Shown here in pieces: positions 29,553 through 40,440 of a stretch of 64,000 bases of DNA (its first letter is position 1; every line of letters starts with the position of its first letter). The position numbers and the translations under genes are program-made. Origin of the DNA: Dehalococcoidia bacterium (lineage in GTDB: Bacteria; Chloroflexota; Dehalococcoidia; UBA2979); assembly GCA_965219085.1 (NCBI GenBank), contig OZ244720.1, positions 2,240,001-2,304,000 of the forward strand. Direction: 5' to 3'. The notes beneath the pieces were generated by a model. The model was not told the DNA's origin and did no database searches. It saw only the letters and a program-made list of their open reading frames with translations.

Positions 29553-29674
29553 GCCCTCGTGCCCTGGCGCCCTGGCGCCCTGGTGCCTTCGCGCCCTCGC
29601 CCGGCCGCAGGTGGCCGGGCGGGGGCCGTCCGGAGCATCCGATTCGTCGATGCGTGCCACTTTGACCTTCGGAC

Positions 29675-29688
29675 AGAACACACGTTCC
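29675..29688. promoter_or_regulatory. LexA-type SOS box upstream of the capsid gene
   Basis: aGAACacacGTTCc just 5' of a -10-like TAGGCT (29691-29696). Confidence 0.65.
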
Positions 29689-29756
29689 CATAGGCTCCCT
29701 CCCACAACGCATCGAAGCAGGCGCGCGGCACGAAACCGCGCGCGGGGAGGGACGCA

Positions 29757-30647
29757 ATGGCGCTGACACTGACCGAGGGGGCCAAGCTCTCCAACGACGT
29801 ACTCCAGCAGGGCGTGATCGAGACCGTGATCAAGGACAGCCCCATCCTGCAACGGCTCCCGTTCATCGAGATCGTCGGGAACGGGCTCACCTACAACCGC
29901 GAGAACGCCGCGGCCACCGCTGCCTTCTACGCCGTCGGGGACACGTGGGCGGAGAGCACGCCGACGTTCACGCAGGTGACCGCCTCGCTCACCATCCTCG
30001 GCGGCGACGCGGACATCGATAACTACATCGCGCGCACCCGCAACAACGTCCAGGACATCGAGGCGGCCGTCGTCGAGCTCAAGGCGAAGGCCGTCCAGCA
30101 GCAGTTCGACGAGACCTTCATCGACGGCGACGCCGACACCAACTCGAAGGCCTTCAACGGCATCGACGAGCTGTGCGCCGCCGGCCAGACCACCTCGATG
30201 GGCAACAACGGCGCGAAGCTCACCCTCGACAAGCTCGACGAGCTGGTGGACCTCGTGCGTGGCGGGAAGCCGGAGATGCTGCTCATGTCGCGTCGCTCGC
30301 GGCGCACGCTGAACAGCCTCGCGCGCGCCGCGGGCTCGGGCGTGGTGGAGCACGACCGCGACGAGTTCGGCCGCATGGTCGCGTACTACGACGGCATCCC
30401 GATCGGGGTGAGCGACTACATCAAGGACACCCAGAGCCGGGGCACGGCGCGCAACACTTCGGTGATCTACGCGCTGCAGTTCGGCGAGGGCGCCGTCGCG
30501 GGGCTCACCGCGCCCGGCGGCGTGACCATCGAGCGCGTCGGCGCGCTGGAGACGAAGGACGCCACGCGCGTGCGCGTGAAGTGGTACGTCTCCGTCGCGC
30601 TCTTCAACGAACTCAAGCTCGCGAAGCTCACCGGCGTGCAGGCCTAA
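29757..30647 (+). CDS. Phage major capsid protein (HK97-fold type)
   Basis: MALTL.E.AKL...GVIETVIKDSPILQRLPF, LTILGGDADID, FIDGDADTNSKAFNGI, LTLDKLDEL, YDGIPI, RVKWYVSVA. Confidence 0.85.
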   Translation: MALTLTEGAKLSNDVLQQGVIETVIKDSPILQRLPFIEIVGNGLTYNRENAAATAAFYAVGDTWAESTPTFTQVTASLTILGGDADIDNYIARTRNNVQDIEAAVVELKAKAVQQQFDETFIDGDADTNSKAFNGIDELCAAGQTTSMGNNGAKLTLDKLDELVDLVRGGKPEMLLMSRRSRRTLNSLARAAGSGVVEHDRDEFGRMVAYYDGIPIGVSDYIKDTQSRGTARNTSVIYALQFGEGAVAGLTAPGGVTIERVGALETKDATRVRVKWYVSVALFNELKLAKLTGVQA

Positions 30648-30686
30648 GCGGTCCGCACGCCCCATCGACACGCCCGGGAGGCGACC

Positions 30687-31319
30687 ATGCACCTGACCGA
30701 GATGCGGACCCGCGTCCGCCGCGACCTTCGAGACACGGACCCCGCGGACGAGCGCTGGTCCGACGACGAGCTCGACCGGCACATCGAGCGCGCCGTGCGC
30801 GAGCTCTCGCTCGGCGCGCCCGTCGAGGCGGTCGCGACGCTCACGACGGCTGCCGGCAGCCGCGACCTCGACGTGTCGGCGCTCGCCAGCCGCGTCTCGA
30901 TCGACGCGGTCGAGTATCCGGCGGGGCAATACCCGCCGGCGTTCGCGGTGTTCTCGTCATGGGGCGACACGCTCACGCTGGTCGTCGACCGGGCGCCGCA
31001 CGCGGGCGAGCGCGCGACCGTCTCCTACTCGAAGCTCCACACCCTGACCGACGACGCCTCGACGCTGCCTGCGGCCCTCGAGGAGATCGTCGCGACGGGC
31101 GCGGGTGGGTACGCCGCGCTGGAGTGGGCCTCGTTCGCCACGAACCGCGTCAACGCGGGCGGGACGGACACCTGGCGGCACTATCACATCTGGGCGCAGG
31201 AGCGCCTCGCCGCCTTCGCACGCGCGCTCGCCAAGCACGGGCGCGAGCGGCGGGTGCGGTCGCGCCAGCTCTACCGGCCCGCGGGCGACGCCGTTGGCGC
31301 GCCCGCCCCGGGCGGGTAG
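30687..31319 (+). CDS. Putative head-tail adaptor/connector-like protein
   Basis: MHLTEMRTRVRRDLRD....RWSDDELDRHIERAV resembles adaptor N-termini; follows the capsid gene. Confidence 0.55.
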   Translation: MHLTEMRTRVRRDLRDTDPADERWSDDELDRHIERAVRELSLGAPVEAVATLTTAAGSRDLDVSALASRVSIDAVEYPAGQYPPAFAVFSSWGDTLTLVVDRAPHAGERATVSYSKLHTLTDDASTLPAALEEIVATGAGGYAALEWASFATNRVNAGGTDTWRHYHIWAQERLAAFARALAKHGRERRVRSRQLYRPAGDAVGAPAPGG

Positions 31320-31325
31320 CCCGCG

Positions 31326-33302
31326 ATGCGCGGGCTCACACCCACGCTCGACGCGGCTCGGCGCTCGCCGAGCGTGCAGCCGTACCTGCGCGTGCAGCTC
31401 CACGACCGCGACGTCGGCTCGCTGCGGCTGCGCTGGCGACGCGTCTACTCGGGCCCCGAGCCCGACGGCCCGTGCGCCGCGGCGGTCGCCGCTGACGGCG
31501 CGCTGCTGCGGGTGCGCATCGACCCCTCGACGGGCGCGCTCACGCGCCAGCGCGTCGCGTCGCCGGGCGCGGTGAGCGACTACGGGGCGTGGACGCCCGT
31601 GGCGACCGTCGCCGTCGGCCCGCGCGTCGGCCTCGCCGCGCGCGGCACGCGCGGCATGATCGCCTCGGTGCGGGCCGATGGCGTGACCGTCGACGTGCGC
31701 GAGAGCACCGACGGCGGCGCGACATTCGGGGCGGCCAGCGTGCTCGCGGTCGCGTCGGGAGTGGTCACCGCGGTTGCATGCTCGATGGCCCCGGACGGGA
31801 CTGCCGCGGTGATCTACGCCGTTGGCGGCGTCGTCTACGCGGTCCGCCGCTTCGGCACCGGGCGCTGGCTCGCGCCGGCTGCGTGGTCGCGCTCGCTCGC
31901 GACGGTGAACGCGCTCGCCGCGTCATTCGAGGTGGACCACAACGTGCTGATCTCCGGCACGAATGCCGCCGGCGACACCGGCGTGTGGTCGACGATCTAC
32001 GGCGCGGGCGGCGCGTACCCCCCGGGGAGGTGGCGGCCGCTGGCCGAGGTGGTCTCGGCCGCCCCGGGCACCCGCACCACGTACCTCGCGAGCGGGACGG
32101 CGAACGTCGACGCGCCGCAGAACGTGTTCGTAGAGTCGTACGCCGGTGGCGGGGCGTACGACCGCGTGCACATCGGGGCGGGCGTGGGAGGCACCGCGTA
32201 CCGGGACCAGCTGTGGCGGAACCCGAGGCCATTCGGTCACGAGTCGCCCCACGGGCTCGCGATCGCGTCCGGGCGCGGCGGCGCCTGGCTGGTCTCGCCC
32301 AGCGCTGTGTGGCACGCGCCGTACCCGGAGCCCGCGGCCGACCTCGGCGCTGACGTGCTCGAGGCGACGCTCATCGAGGGGCTGCGCGGGGGACGGATGC
32401 GCCTGGTGCTGCGCAACGACGACGGGCGGTACGGCCCGGATGCCGCACCGGTCGCCCTCGCGGCGGGTGGCGAACTGCGGCCGGGCCCCGGCTACCTCAC
32501 GAGCGCGGGCGAGGAGTCCTCGGACGGGCGCGCGTTCTGGATCACCACCGTGCGGCGCCGCTACGAGCCCGGCGGCTCGACCGTCGAGATCGAGGCAGTC
32601 GACGGCTGGGGGTTGCTCGACGCGTGGACCGCTCCGCGCCAGTTCGTGTGGGCGGCGGGCGAGGCGAGCGCGTCGAGGGTGCTCACGGGGGTCATGCAGC
32701 ATGCAGGCGTACGGCTCGCAAGCGGCAGCTCGAGCGTCGAGTCCGCGACGTTGCGGCCGGCGTTCACGATGCGCGCAGGCGAGCGCGGCTCGACCGCGGT
32801 CCGGCGGCTCCTCGCGATGCTGCCCGACGAGGTGATCATGCGTGACCACTGGGCGTTCCTGGCCGAACCAGCCGCGAACGACGCGCCCGTGGCCAGTTTT
32901 GGAGACGACGACCCCCTCGTCCGCATCACCGTGGAGTCGGGCGCCCCTGCCACCGGATGGGCGCGCATCTTTGGCGCGGGCGTGCTGGCCGAGGCCGTCC
33001 ACGACGACGCGCTCGCCGAGGGTGGCGGCACGGCCATCGTCGTCGACGGGAACGTCGACGCGCAGGCGCGCGCCGACGCCCGCGCGGACGCAGTGCTGCG
33101 CCGTTCGCAGCTGGCTCTCGGGCGCGGGGAGGTGGTCGTGCGGCCGCACCCGGGCCTCGAGGTCGGCGACGTGGTCGCGATCGCCTCGAAGCGCGCGGGA
33201 CTCGTCGAGGCGCGGTTCCGCGCGTCCGGGCTGCACCTTCGCTACGTGCGCGGCGGCCGGCGCGCGGTCTACGAGCAGCGCATCGCGCTCAGCGACGTGT
33301 AG
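31326..33302 (+). CDS. Putative virion structural protein (beta-rich N-half with Asp-box, hub-like C-half)
   Basis: ESTDGGATF Asp-box; C-terminal PHPGLEVGDVVAI; tight operon spacing. Confidence 0.5.
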   Translation: MRGLTPTLDAARRSPSVQPYLRVQLHDRDVGSLRLRWRRVYSGPEPDGPCAAAVAADGALLRVRIDPSTGALTRQRVASPGAVSDYGAWTPVATVAVGPRVGLAARGTRGMIASVRADGVTVDVRESTDGGATFGAASVLAVASGVVTAVACSMAPDGTAAVIYAVGGVVYAVRRFGTGRWLAPAAWSRSLATVNALAASFEVDHNVLISGTNAAGDTGVWSTIYGAGGAYPPGRWRPLAEVVSAAPGTRTTYLASGTANVDAPQNVFVESYAGGGAYDRVHIGAGVGGTAYRDQLWRNPRPFGHESPHGLAIASGRGGAWLVSPSAVWHAPYPEPAADLGADVLEATLIEGLRGGRMRLVLRNDDGRYGPDAAPVALAAGGELRPGPGYLTSAGEESSDGRAFWITTVRRRYEPGGSTVEIEAVDGWGLLDAWTAPRQFVWAAGEASASRVLTGVMQHAGVRLASGSSSVESATLRPAFTMRAGERGSTAVRRLLAMLPDEVIMRDHWAFLAEPAANDAPVASFGDDDPLVRITVESGAPATGWARIFGAGVLAEAVHDDALAEGGGTAIVVDGNVDAQARADARADAVLRRSQLALGRGEVVVRPHPGLEVGDVVAIASKRAGLVEARFRASGLHLRYVRGGRRAVYEQRIALSDV

Positions 33303-33311
33303 GAGGCCCCG

Positions 33312-33518
33312 ATGATCGAACGCGCCACCCTCGAAGCCTTCGACGCGGCGACGCACCTAGCGACCGTGCGGTTCGCCGGCTCACTCACCTCGGTGGTGCG
33401 CGGCGTCCCCGTCTCGCGCGCCATCCCGGCCGCCGAGCTGGTCACGGGCCGGCGGGTGGCGGTGGCCCTGTTCGACCCCGGCCACCCCCTCGATGCGATG
33501 GTCGTGGGGGTGCACTGA
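33312..33518 (+). CDS. Small beta-strand protein, possible OB-fold spike-like component
   Basis: AGGAGG RBS; MIERATLEAFDAATHLATVRF...GRRVAVALFD. Confidence 0.55.
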   Translation: MIERATLEAFDAATHLATVRFAGSLTSVVRGVPVSRAIPAAELVTGRRVAVALFDPGHPLDAMVVGVH

Positions 33519-33527
33519 CCGACCTGG

Positions 33528-34604
33528 CTACGGCGCGGTGTCACCCTCAAACAGCGTGGGCTGCGCGCCATTCGACCCGGCCGAGGGCTCCTCGGCGGCG
33601 TGGTTGTAGGCCATACCGAGGTGGTCGTAGGCGAAGCGGGACGCCACGCGCCCGCGCGGGGTGCGCTGCAGGAAGCCGATCTTGAGCAGGTACGGCTCGT
33701 ACACGTCCATGATCGTGTCGGGCTCCTCGGACACCGCCGCGGCCAGCGTCTCGAGGCCGGCCGGCCCGCCCCCGAAGCGGTCCACGAGCACACGCAGCAA
33801 CTCGCGGTCCATCGCATCCAGCCCCAACTCGTCGATCTCCAACTGCGCCAGCGCCTCGTCGGCGACCGCGGCGGTGATGACGCCGTCCGCGCGCACCTCG
33901 GCGTAGTCACGCACGCGCCGCAGCAGGCGGTTGGCGACACGCGCAGTCCCGCGCGAGCGCCGCGCGATGCCCTCCACGCCGCCGTCGTCGATGGCGCAGC
34001 CGATCACGGCCGCCGAGCGCTCGACGATGCGCGCGAGCGCCTGCTCATCGTAGAAGTCGAGCCGCCACGTCGCGCCGAAGCGCTCGCGCAGGGGCTGGGA
34101 GACGAGGGCGTAGCGCGTCGTGGCGCCGATCAGCGTGAAGCGGTTGAGCTTGAGCCGCACATCGCGCGCCTTCGGCCCGGAGCCGAGGATGATGTCGAGC
34201 GCCCAGTCCTCCATCGCCGGGTACAGGATCTCCTCGACGGGCCGCGGGAGCCGATGCACCTCGTCGATGAACAGCACGTCGCCGGACTGCAGGCTCGTGA
34301 GCACCGCGGCGAGGTCGCCGGCGCGCTCGATGGCGGGGCCCGAGGTGACGCGGATCGAGACGCCCATCTCGGAGGCGATGATCATCGCGAGCGTCGTCTT
34401 GCCGAGGCCCGGCGGCCCGTGGATGAGGACGTGGTCGAGCGGCTCGCCACGCGCGAGCGCCGCCTCGATGCCGATCCGCAGCGACGCCTTGACGGTGTCC
34501 TGGCCGAAGTACTCGTCGAGCCGCCGTGGACGCAGCGAGGGTTCGACCGTCACGTCGCCCGGAGTTTGCGTTCGCGCCAGCGGACCGCGTTGCGTGTCGT
34601 TCAC
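33528..34604 (-). CDS. ruvB: Holliday junction branch migration helicase RuvB
   Basis: [50 protein letters not shown]. Confidence 0.97.
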   Translation of the reverse strand: MNDTQRGPLARTQTPGDVTVEPSLRPRRLDEYFGQDTVKASLRIGIEAALARGEPLDHVLIHGPPGLGKTTLAMIIASEMGVSIRVTSGPAIERAGDLAAVLTSLQSGDVLFIDEVHRLPRPVEEILYPAMEDWALDIILGSGPKARDVRLKLNRFTLIGATTRYALVSQPLRERFGATWRLDFYDEQALARIVERSAAVIGCAIDDGGVEGIARRSRGTARVANRLLRRVRDYAEVRADGVITAAVADEALAQLEIDELGLDAMDRELLRVLVDRFGGGPAGLETLAAAVSEEPDTIMDVYEPYLLKIGFLQRTPRGRVASRFAYDHLGMAYNHAAEEPSAGSNGAQPTLFEGDTAP

Positions 34605-34660
34605 GCCTGTCCTCGATCGCACGGCTCTCTGCCGCGCTCCCCACCGAGGCGTCAGTATAG

Positions 34661-34674
34661 CGAACGTGCGTTCG
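34661..34674. promoter_or_regulatory. LexA SOS box upstream of ruvB
   Basis: CGAACgtgcGTTCG adjacent to a minus-strand -10-like TATACT (34654-34659). Confidence 0.8.
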
Positions 34675-34697
34675 TCGCGCGACCCGGGGGGATCAGG

Positions 34698-35252
34698 TCA
34701 GTCTTGCTGAGGATTGCTATGGACGCTCTCGAGGGTCGTCGTGGAGGGAAGGGACATCGTCTCGATGATCAGTTGGCAGATTCTTTGGCCTGGATACAAT
34801 CTCAGCGTGAATGGCCCGGCATTAGTGAGTTCGAGTTGCAGGCGCTCGTGGAACGTCGGATGCACAGTGGGAGCCGACTGATGGACGGAGAGGCCGAGCC
34901 GTGCTGGCGTACTCCGTCCCTCAACACGAGCAGCCAGGAAGTTCGGGAGGCCAATAGTTTCGCGTGTCCAAGCGAGCGCGAATTCGCCGGGCCGCAACGG
35001 AAAGGAGTCTCCCTCCTCGATCTCCGTGACCACACTGAAGTCTCGCAGGGCGTCCATCACGGCTCGCGAATCACGCGTGTCAATCGATGTCTCTGCTGCC
35101 TTCCCACCAGGGACGACCACCGTCTGGAAGTCGTTGGCAAGCGTCAGATCGATGGTCGAGGGCGATACAGCCTCAAGTGCGGGAACTGGGTCGATGATCA
35201 GACGCTCTGACCTGATCAGCGACCAAATCTCTTGATCGGACAGGATCGCCAT
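34698..35252 (-). CDS. dcd: dCTP deaminase (trimeric dUTPase fold)
   Basis: ILSDQEI, SPSTIDLTL, LRPGEFALAWTRE, EGRSTPARLGL, LYPGQRICQL; lower GC than flanks. Confidence 0.85.
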   Translation of the reverse strand: MAILSDQEIWSLIRSERLIIDPVPALEAVSPSTIDLTLANDFQTVVVPGGKAAETSIDTRDSRAVMDALRDFSVVTEIEEGDSFPLRPGEFALAWTRETIGLPNFLAARVEGRSTPARLGLSVHQSAPTVHPTFHERLQLELTNAGPFTLRLYPGQRICQLIIETMSLPSTTTLESVHSNPQQD

Positions 35253-35253
35253 G

Positions 35254-35550
35254 CTAGGCCTGTATCAAGTCCTGGGAGACGAGCAGTCGCTCACCGGATG
35301 GGAAATCAACGAGCCAATTCGCATCATTGTCGTCCGCAGTGCCTACTTTCATTGCCCGTACAAGCTGTTCTGGTACTCGGAAGTGCCTGGAGGAAGCGAT
35401 AATGATCCGCGTCCCTTCCACTCCTCTGACGACGCAGGCGGCCTCACCTCCCGGCAAGCTGCTGGCTTCCTCACACCTTACCCACGTACGTTCCGGCCTT
35501 GGGAGGAATCGCGGAATCGTGATTTCTGGCATTGCTACCTCGTCCCTCAC
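35254..35550 (-). CDS. Hypothetical protein, probably co-transcribed with dcd
   Basis: Stop lies 1 bp before the dcd ATG; same low-GC patch. Confidence 0.55.
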   Translation of the reverse strand: MRDEVAMPEITIPRFLPRPERTWVRCEEASSLPGGEAACVVRGVEGTRIIIASSRHFRVPEQLVRAMKVGTADDNDANWLVDFPSGERLLVSQDLIQA

Positions 35551-35694
35551 TGCGGTGCGGTAAACATAGAGGTGTGGGCTAATGGCATCAACACAAAGCG
35601 ATCTAGCGATTCAGCATTTACTCCGATGCCCACTGGACGATGGTAGCATACATGTTCTGATACGCAGAAGCCCTCTCCCCCGGCCGCCGCGAGA

Positions 35695-36585
35695 ATGCAG
35701 CCAGCAAGAAGAATCGCGCCGCTACGGCCCGCAGGTCGCTATCCTCGGACGGTGGGAACCGAGCGCGACCAGGCGATGCTGACGGAGATGACCGCGGGGC
35801 TGCACACCTCGTTCGTGCCGGCCGTCGTGCGACAGCTCGGGGACATCGATGGCTTCCTGAGCGCCGTCTGGCCGCAGCTCGCGCCGTCCGTAGACACCGC
35901 TGGGTTCCTCGGGAGCGCCCTGTACATGGCCGATATGGCGCTCGACGCTGTCGAGGAGGTCTACGACGAGCCCACGCTGTCGCGGGAGTCGCTGCTGGCC
36001 GGTGCGCTGAGCGAGGCCGACCTCGATCAGGTCATCGCCGTGCTCGACGTGTTCCACTGGCTGCAGCCGCAACTGCTGCTCCTGCTCGCGGCGCTCGCCG
36101 AATCGCAGGACGCACCCTCCGTGGGCGGCGAGGGGCGGCCCGAGCCGCGCGAGCCGTCGGAGCGCGAGCAGGCACATGTCGACACGTGGGTGGAGCTGGC
36201 CTCGCCCGAGGTGGGGCCGCTGCCGGAGGTTGTGAAAGAACTCCAGCTCGATGCGCCGCCCGACCTCTACCGAGCCGCCGGCGTTTGGCCCGGATACCTC
36301 GAGGCTGTGTGGGACGAGTTGCAGCACCTGGTGGCGTACCCGCTGTTCCGGCGCCGCGGGCGCGCGCTGTACTTCTATGCACGCTCCTCGTCACGCTTCC
36401 TCGCAGTCCCGCTGCATGCGGACGACACGGCCCTGCGCGAGGCAGGCGTGCGTCCCTACGCCATCGCCGAGGCGCGCGACATCGTCGAGCGCGCGCTCCC
36501 GGCCGTCTCCACGATGATGATGCACTGCACCGCGATGCGCGTCGGTCTGGGCCTGCGCGAGCGCGAGGTCGTGCTCGACGCATGA
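35695..36585 (+). CDS. DehI-like (group I haloacid dehalogenase family) protein; start uncertain
   Basis: Internally duplicated helical halves: FVPAVVRQL...FLSAVWPQL and PDLYRAAGVWPGYLEAVWDEL. Confidence 0.55.
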   Translation: MQPARRIAPLRPAGRYPRTVGTERDQAMLTEMTAGLHTSFVPAVVRQLGDIDGFLSAVWPQLAPSVDTAGFLGSALYMADMALDAVEEVYDEPTLSRESLLAGALSEADLDQVIAVLDVFHWLQPQLLLLLAALAESQDAPSVGGEGRPEPREPSEREQAHVDTWVELASPEVGPLPEVVKELQLDAPPDLYRAAGVWPGYLEAVWDELQHLVAYPLFRRRGRALYFYARSSSRFLAVPLHADDTALREAGVRPYAIAEARDIVERALPAVSTMMMHCTAMRVGLGLREREVVLDA

Positions 36586-36603
36586 GACCCGGCAGGGCGC
36601 GCC

Positions 36604-37365
36604 ATGGCTGAGCGCATCGGCGACCTCACGAACGCGTGGTCGCCGGACGACCCGGACGTCCTCGATGCGCTGCGCGAGGCGACCATGGGGCAGCTGCGGC
36701 TGCTGTACGACTCCTCGAACTACGTGTTCCTCGCCGACCTCGAGCATCCCGAGCACGGCGCCGGGCTGGGCGTCTACAAACCGCAGCGCGGCGAGCAGCC
36801 GCTCTCGGACTTCACGTACGGCACGCTGCACCGCCGCGAGGTCGCCACGTACGAGCTGTCGCGCCTCCTCGGGTGGCCGATGGTGCCGCCGACCGTGGAG
36901 CGCGAGGGGCCCGAGGGGCTGGGCTCCATGCAGCTCTTCGTCGAGCACGACCCGGCCGAGCACTTCTTCGCGCTGCGCGACCGCGAGGACCTGCGGGAGC
37001 AGTTCATGCGGATGGCCGCGTTCGACCTCGTGGCCAACAACGCGGACCGCAAGGGCGGGCACATCCTCCTCGACGCCCGCGGCCGTGTGTGGGGCATCGA
37101 CCAGGCGCTGTGCTTCCATCACCACGAGAAGCTGCGCACGGTGATCTGGGACTTCGCCGGCGAGGAGCTCCCCCAGCGCTGGCACGCGGACCTGGAGCGC
37201 GCGCACGACGCGATGCGCGACCGGGACTCCTCGACGGAGCCGCTGCGGGCGTTCCTCACGGATGCCGAGACGGATGCGTTCGTCGAGCGTACCGCGCGTC
37301 TGTTGGCCTACCCGGTGTTGCCGGAGATGTACCCGTGGCGCTGCGTGCCCTGGCCGATGATCTAG
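36604..37365 (+). CDS. SCO1664-family PI3/PI4-kinase-like protein
   Basis: SSNYVF, VYKPQRGEQPLSDF, REVATY, NNADRKGGH, WGIDQALCFH. Confidence 0.85.
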   Translation: MAERIGDLTNAWSPDDPDVLDALREATMGQLRLLYDSSNYVFLADLEHPEHGAGLGVYKPQRGEQPLSDFTYGTLHRREVATYELSRLLGWPMVPPTVEREGPEGLGSMQLFVEHDPAEHFFALRDREDLREQFMRMAAFDLVANNADRKGGHILLDARGRVWGIDQALCFHHHEKLRTVIWDFAGEELPQRWHADLERAHDAMRDRDSSTEPLRAFLTDAETDAFVERTARLLAYPVLPEMYPWRCVPWPMI

Positions 37366-37413
37366 GCTGGCTCGCGCCGTCCAGTCACTCGAGCCGGATC
37401 CCGAGGCGGGGCG

Positions 37414-38660
<1,247 letters not shown>

Positions 38661-38661
<1 letters not shown>

Positions 38662-39530
38662 CAGGATGGTCCCGTGGTCAGACTCTGGAGGAACTCGCGG
38701 ATGTGCTGCCCGAGGGCGGCCGGTTGGTCAGATGGTACAGCGTGCCCGGCCTCCTCGATCAAGGAGACGCGGGAACCGGGGATGCGGCGGTGGAGGCGCT
38801 GGATCGCCTCGGGCGTGAGCATGTCGGTCTCCGCGCCGCGCACGATCATCACCGGGCACTGGATGCGCTCGACGCAGTCCCAGAGGTTCACCATGCGACG
38901 CTGGCCGGGGTCGGGCTCCGGCGGGCGCGCGGTGGCGTCGCGGAAGATCGGGTCGAAGTTCCACGCGAACGCGCCATCGTCGGTGGCGGCCACCGTGGCT
39001 CGCACGCGGCGGGCGAGTTGCTCCTCGGTCGCGTAGGGATAGAAGTTGGCGAAGATCTCGATCGCCTCGTCGTGGCTCGTGAACTCGTCGGCCGACGCGA
39101 AGAGCCGCCGCAGGTTCTCGATGCCCGTGCGCAGCACCTCCGGCGCCGCCTCGATGACGACGAGGGCGGTGACGATCTCGGGGTGCTCGGCGGCGAAGCA
39201 GAGCGCGTTCGCGCCCCCCATACCGTGGCCGATGAGCGTAACGGTGCGGAGCCCGAGGCTGTCCACGAACGCCTCGAGATCCTCGACCTGGCTGGTGCGG
39301 GAGTAGTTGTGGTCGCTGGCGCGCTGGCTGCCGCCGTGGCCGCGCTGGTCGAGCGCGATCACGCGGTACTCGCGCGCGAGTTCGGTGCCCGTCTCCTGCC
39401 AGATGCCGGAGGTCTCACCGTAGCCGTGGAGCAGGATCAGCGCGTGACGCGTACGCGATTCGCCCCACTCGTGGTACTGGAGGTTGAGGCCGTTGATCTC
39501 GACGGTCTGGGCCGTGTTGCGGTTGGCCAA
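38661..39530 (-). CDS. Alpha/beta-fold hydrolase
   Basis: LLHG, LDQRGHG, GHGMGG, AGH. Confidence 0.85.
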
Positions 39531-39733
39531 GGCAAGCGCCTCTCGGGGTCAGCGTGAACGTGCTGCGGTGGGCCATCGTAGCATCGCGGTGCGCTGCGCG
39601 CTGCGACGATGAGCTGAACGGCGATGTCGCGCCGCCTGCCAAGTCGTGCTGTCCAGACGAGGTTGCCGGAGGGCGCGAGGAAGAGAATGGTCCTGACGCT
39701 ACAGCAGTGCTGGACGCTCAACGGGAGAAGTAC

Positions 39734-40228
39734 ATGAAGCGCCACGCGTGGCTCCTCGTGTCATGCACGCTCTCTCTAATGCTGATCCTCGCCGGCTGCT
39801 CTGGCGAGTCGTCAAAGTCGGAAGAAGAGGAGTACTGCGAGTCCCTCGGGACGGCCGGGAAGCACGAGTATGCGCTAAGGGGGCACTGCTTGAACGCCGC
39901 CGATGCCGAACAAGCGAGGATCGAGCGCGAGAATTGCCAACGCAACAGCGCCACGTGTCCCCCGACACCCCGTCCAACGGTGACGCCTGCCGCGTCTGAC
40001 GTTTTTCGCCTCTGGTACGCCGCAAATGGATACCCGGCTTCCGCGTTCGACAAGGCGCGAAGCATCGTCGACCAGGCTTGCCGGTCGCTCCGCGATGGTC
40101 TCTCGGGGGAGTCGGTGGTGATTGCGATCATGGCGGCAGCCGAGCCGAGCGAGACTGGTGACATCCTCTACATTGTCGGTGCCGGAGTACAGGCGCTCTG
40201 CCCGGATCAATCGCACAAGTTCCGGTGA
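39734..40228 (+). CDS. Hypothetical Cys-rich lipoprotein
   Basis: MKRHAWLLVSCTLSLMLILAGC lipobox; paired Cys; C-terminal QAC...ALCP; atypical codon usage. Confidence 0.6.
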   Translation: MKRHAWLLVSCTLSLMLILAGCSGESSKSEEEEYCESLGTAGKHEYALRGHCLNAADAEQARIERENCQRNSATCPPTPRPTVTPAASDVFRLWYAANGYPASAFDKARSIVDQACRSLRDGLSGESVVIAIMAAAEPSETGDILYIVGAGVQALCPDQSHKFR

Positions 40229-40440
40229 GACCCATGCTCACGATCGCCAGACGCAAGAGCGGAGCTTGGCGTCAGAGCGGCGCTACGCGCCCTGCCCAAC
40301 CCCATCTCGGTGACGGCCAACCTGCGACGCTGGCAAAATGACAGCCTGAGGATCGGACCCGGCCGCAGTTCCGCTCCATGGTCGGATCGTAGGCTCGGGC
40401 AACAGGCCGACCTCAAGTGAGGCCCGCTGGGTCGCCTCGG

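Noticed and set aside
29559-29588. Short 7-bp repeat (gccctgg x3) after the scaffold gene
   Set aside because: Too short and GC-rich to assign a function; may be part of a terminator region.
29094-33518. Intact prophage or classical encapsulin locus
   Set aside because: No integrase, att sites, replication, packaging or lysis genes for a prophage; neighbours look like scaffold and adaptor proteins rather than an enzyme cargo for an encapsulin.
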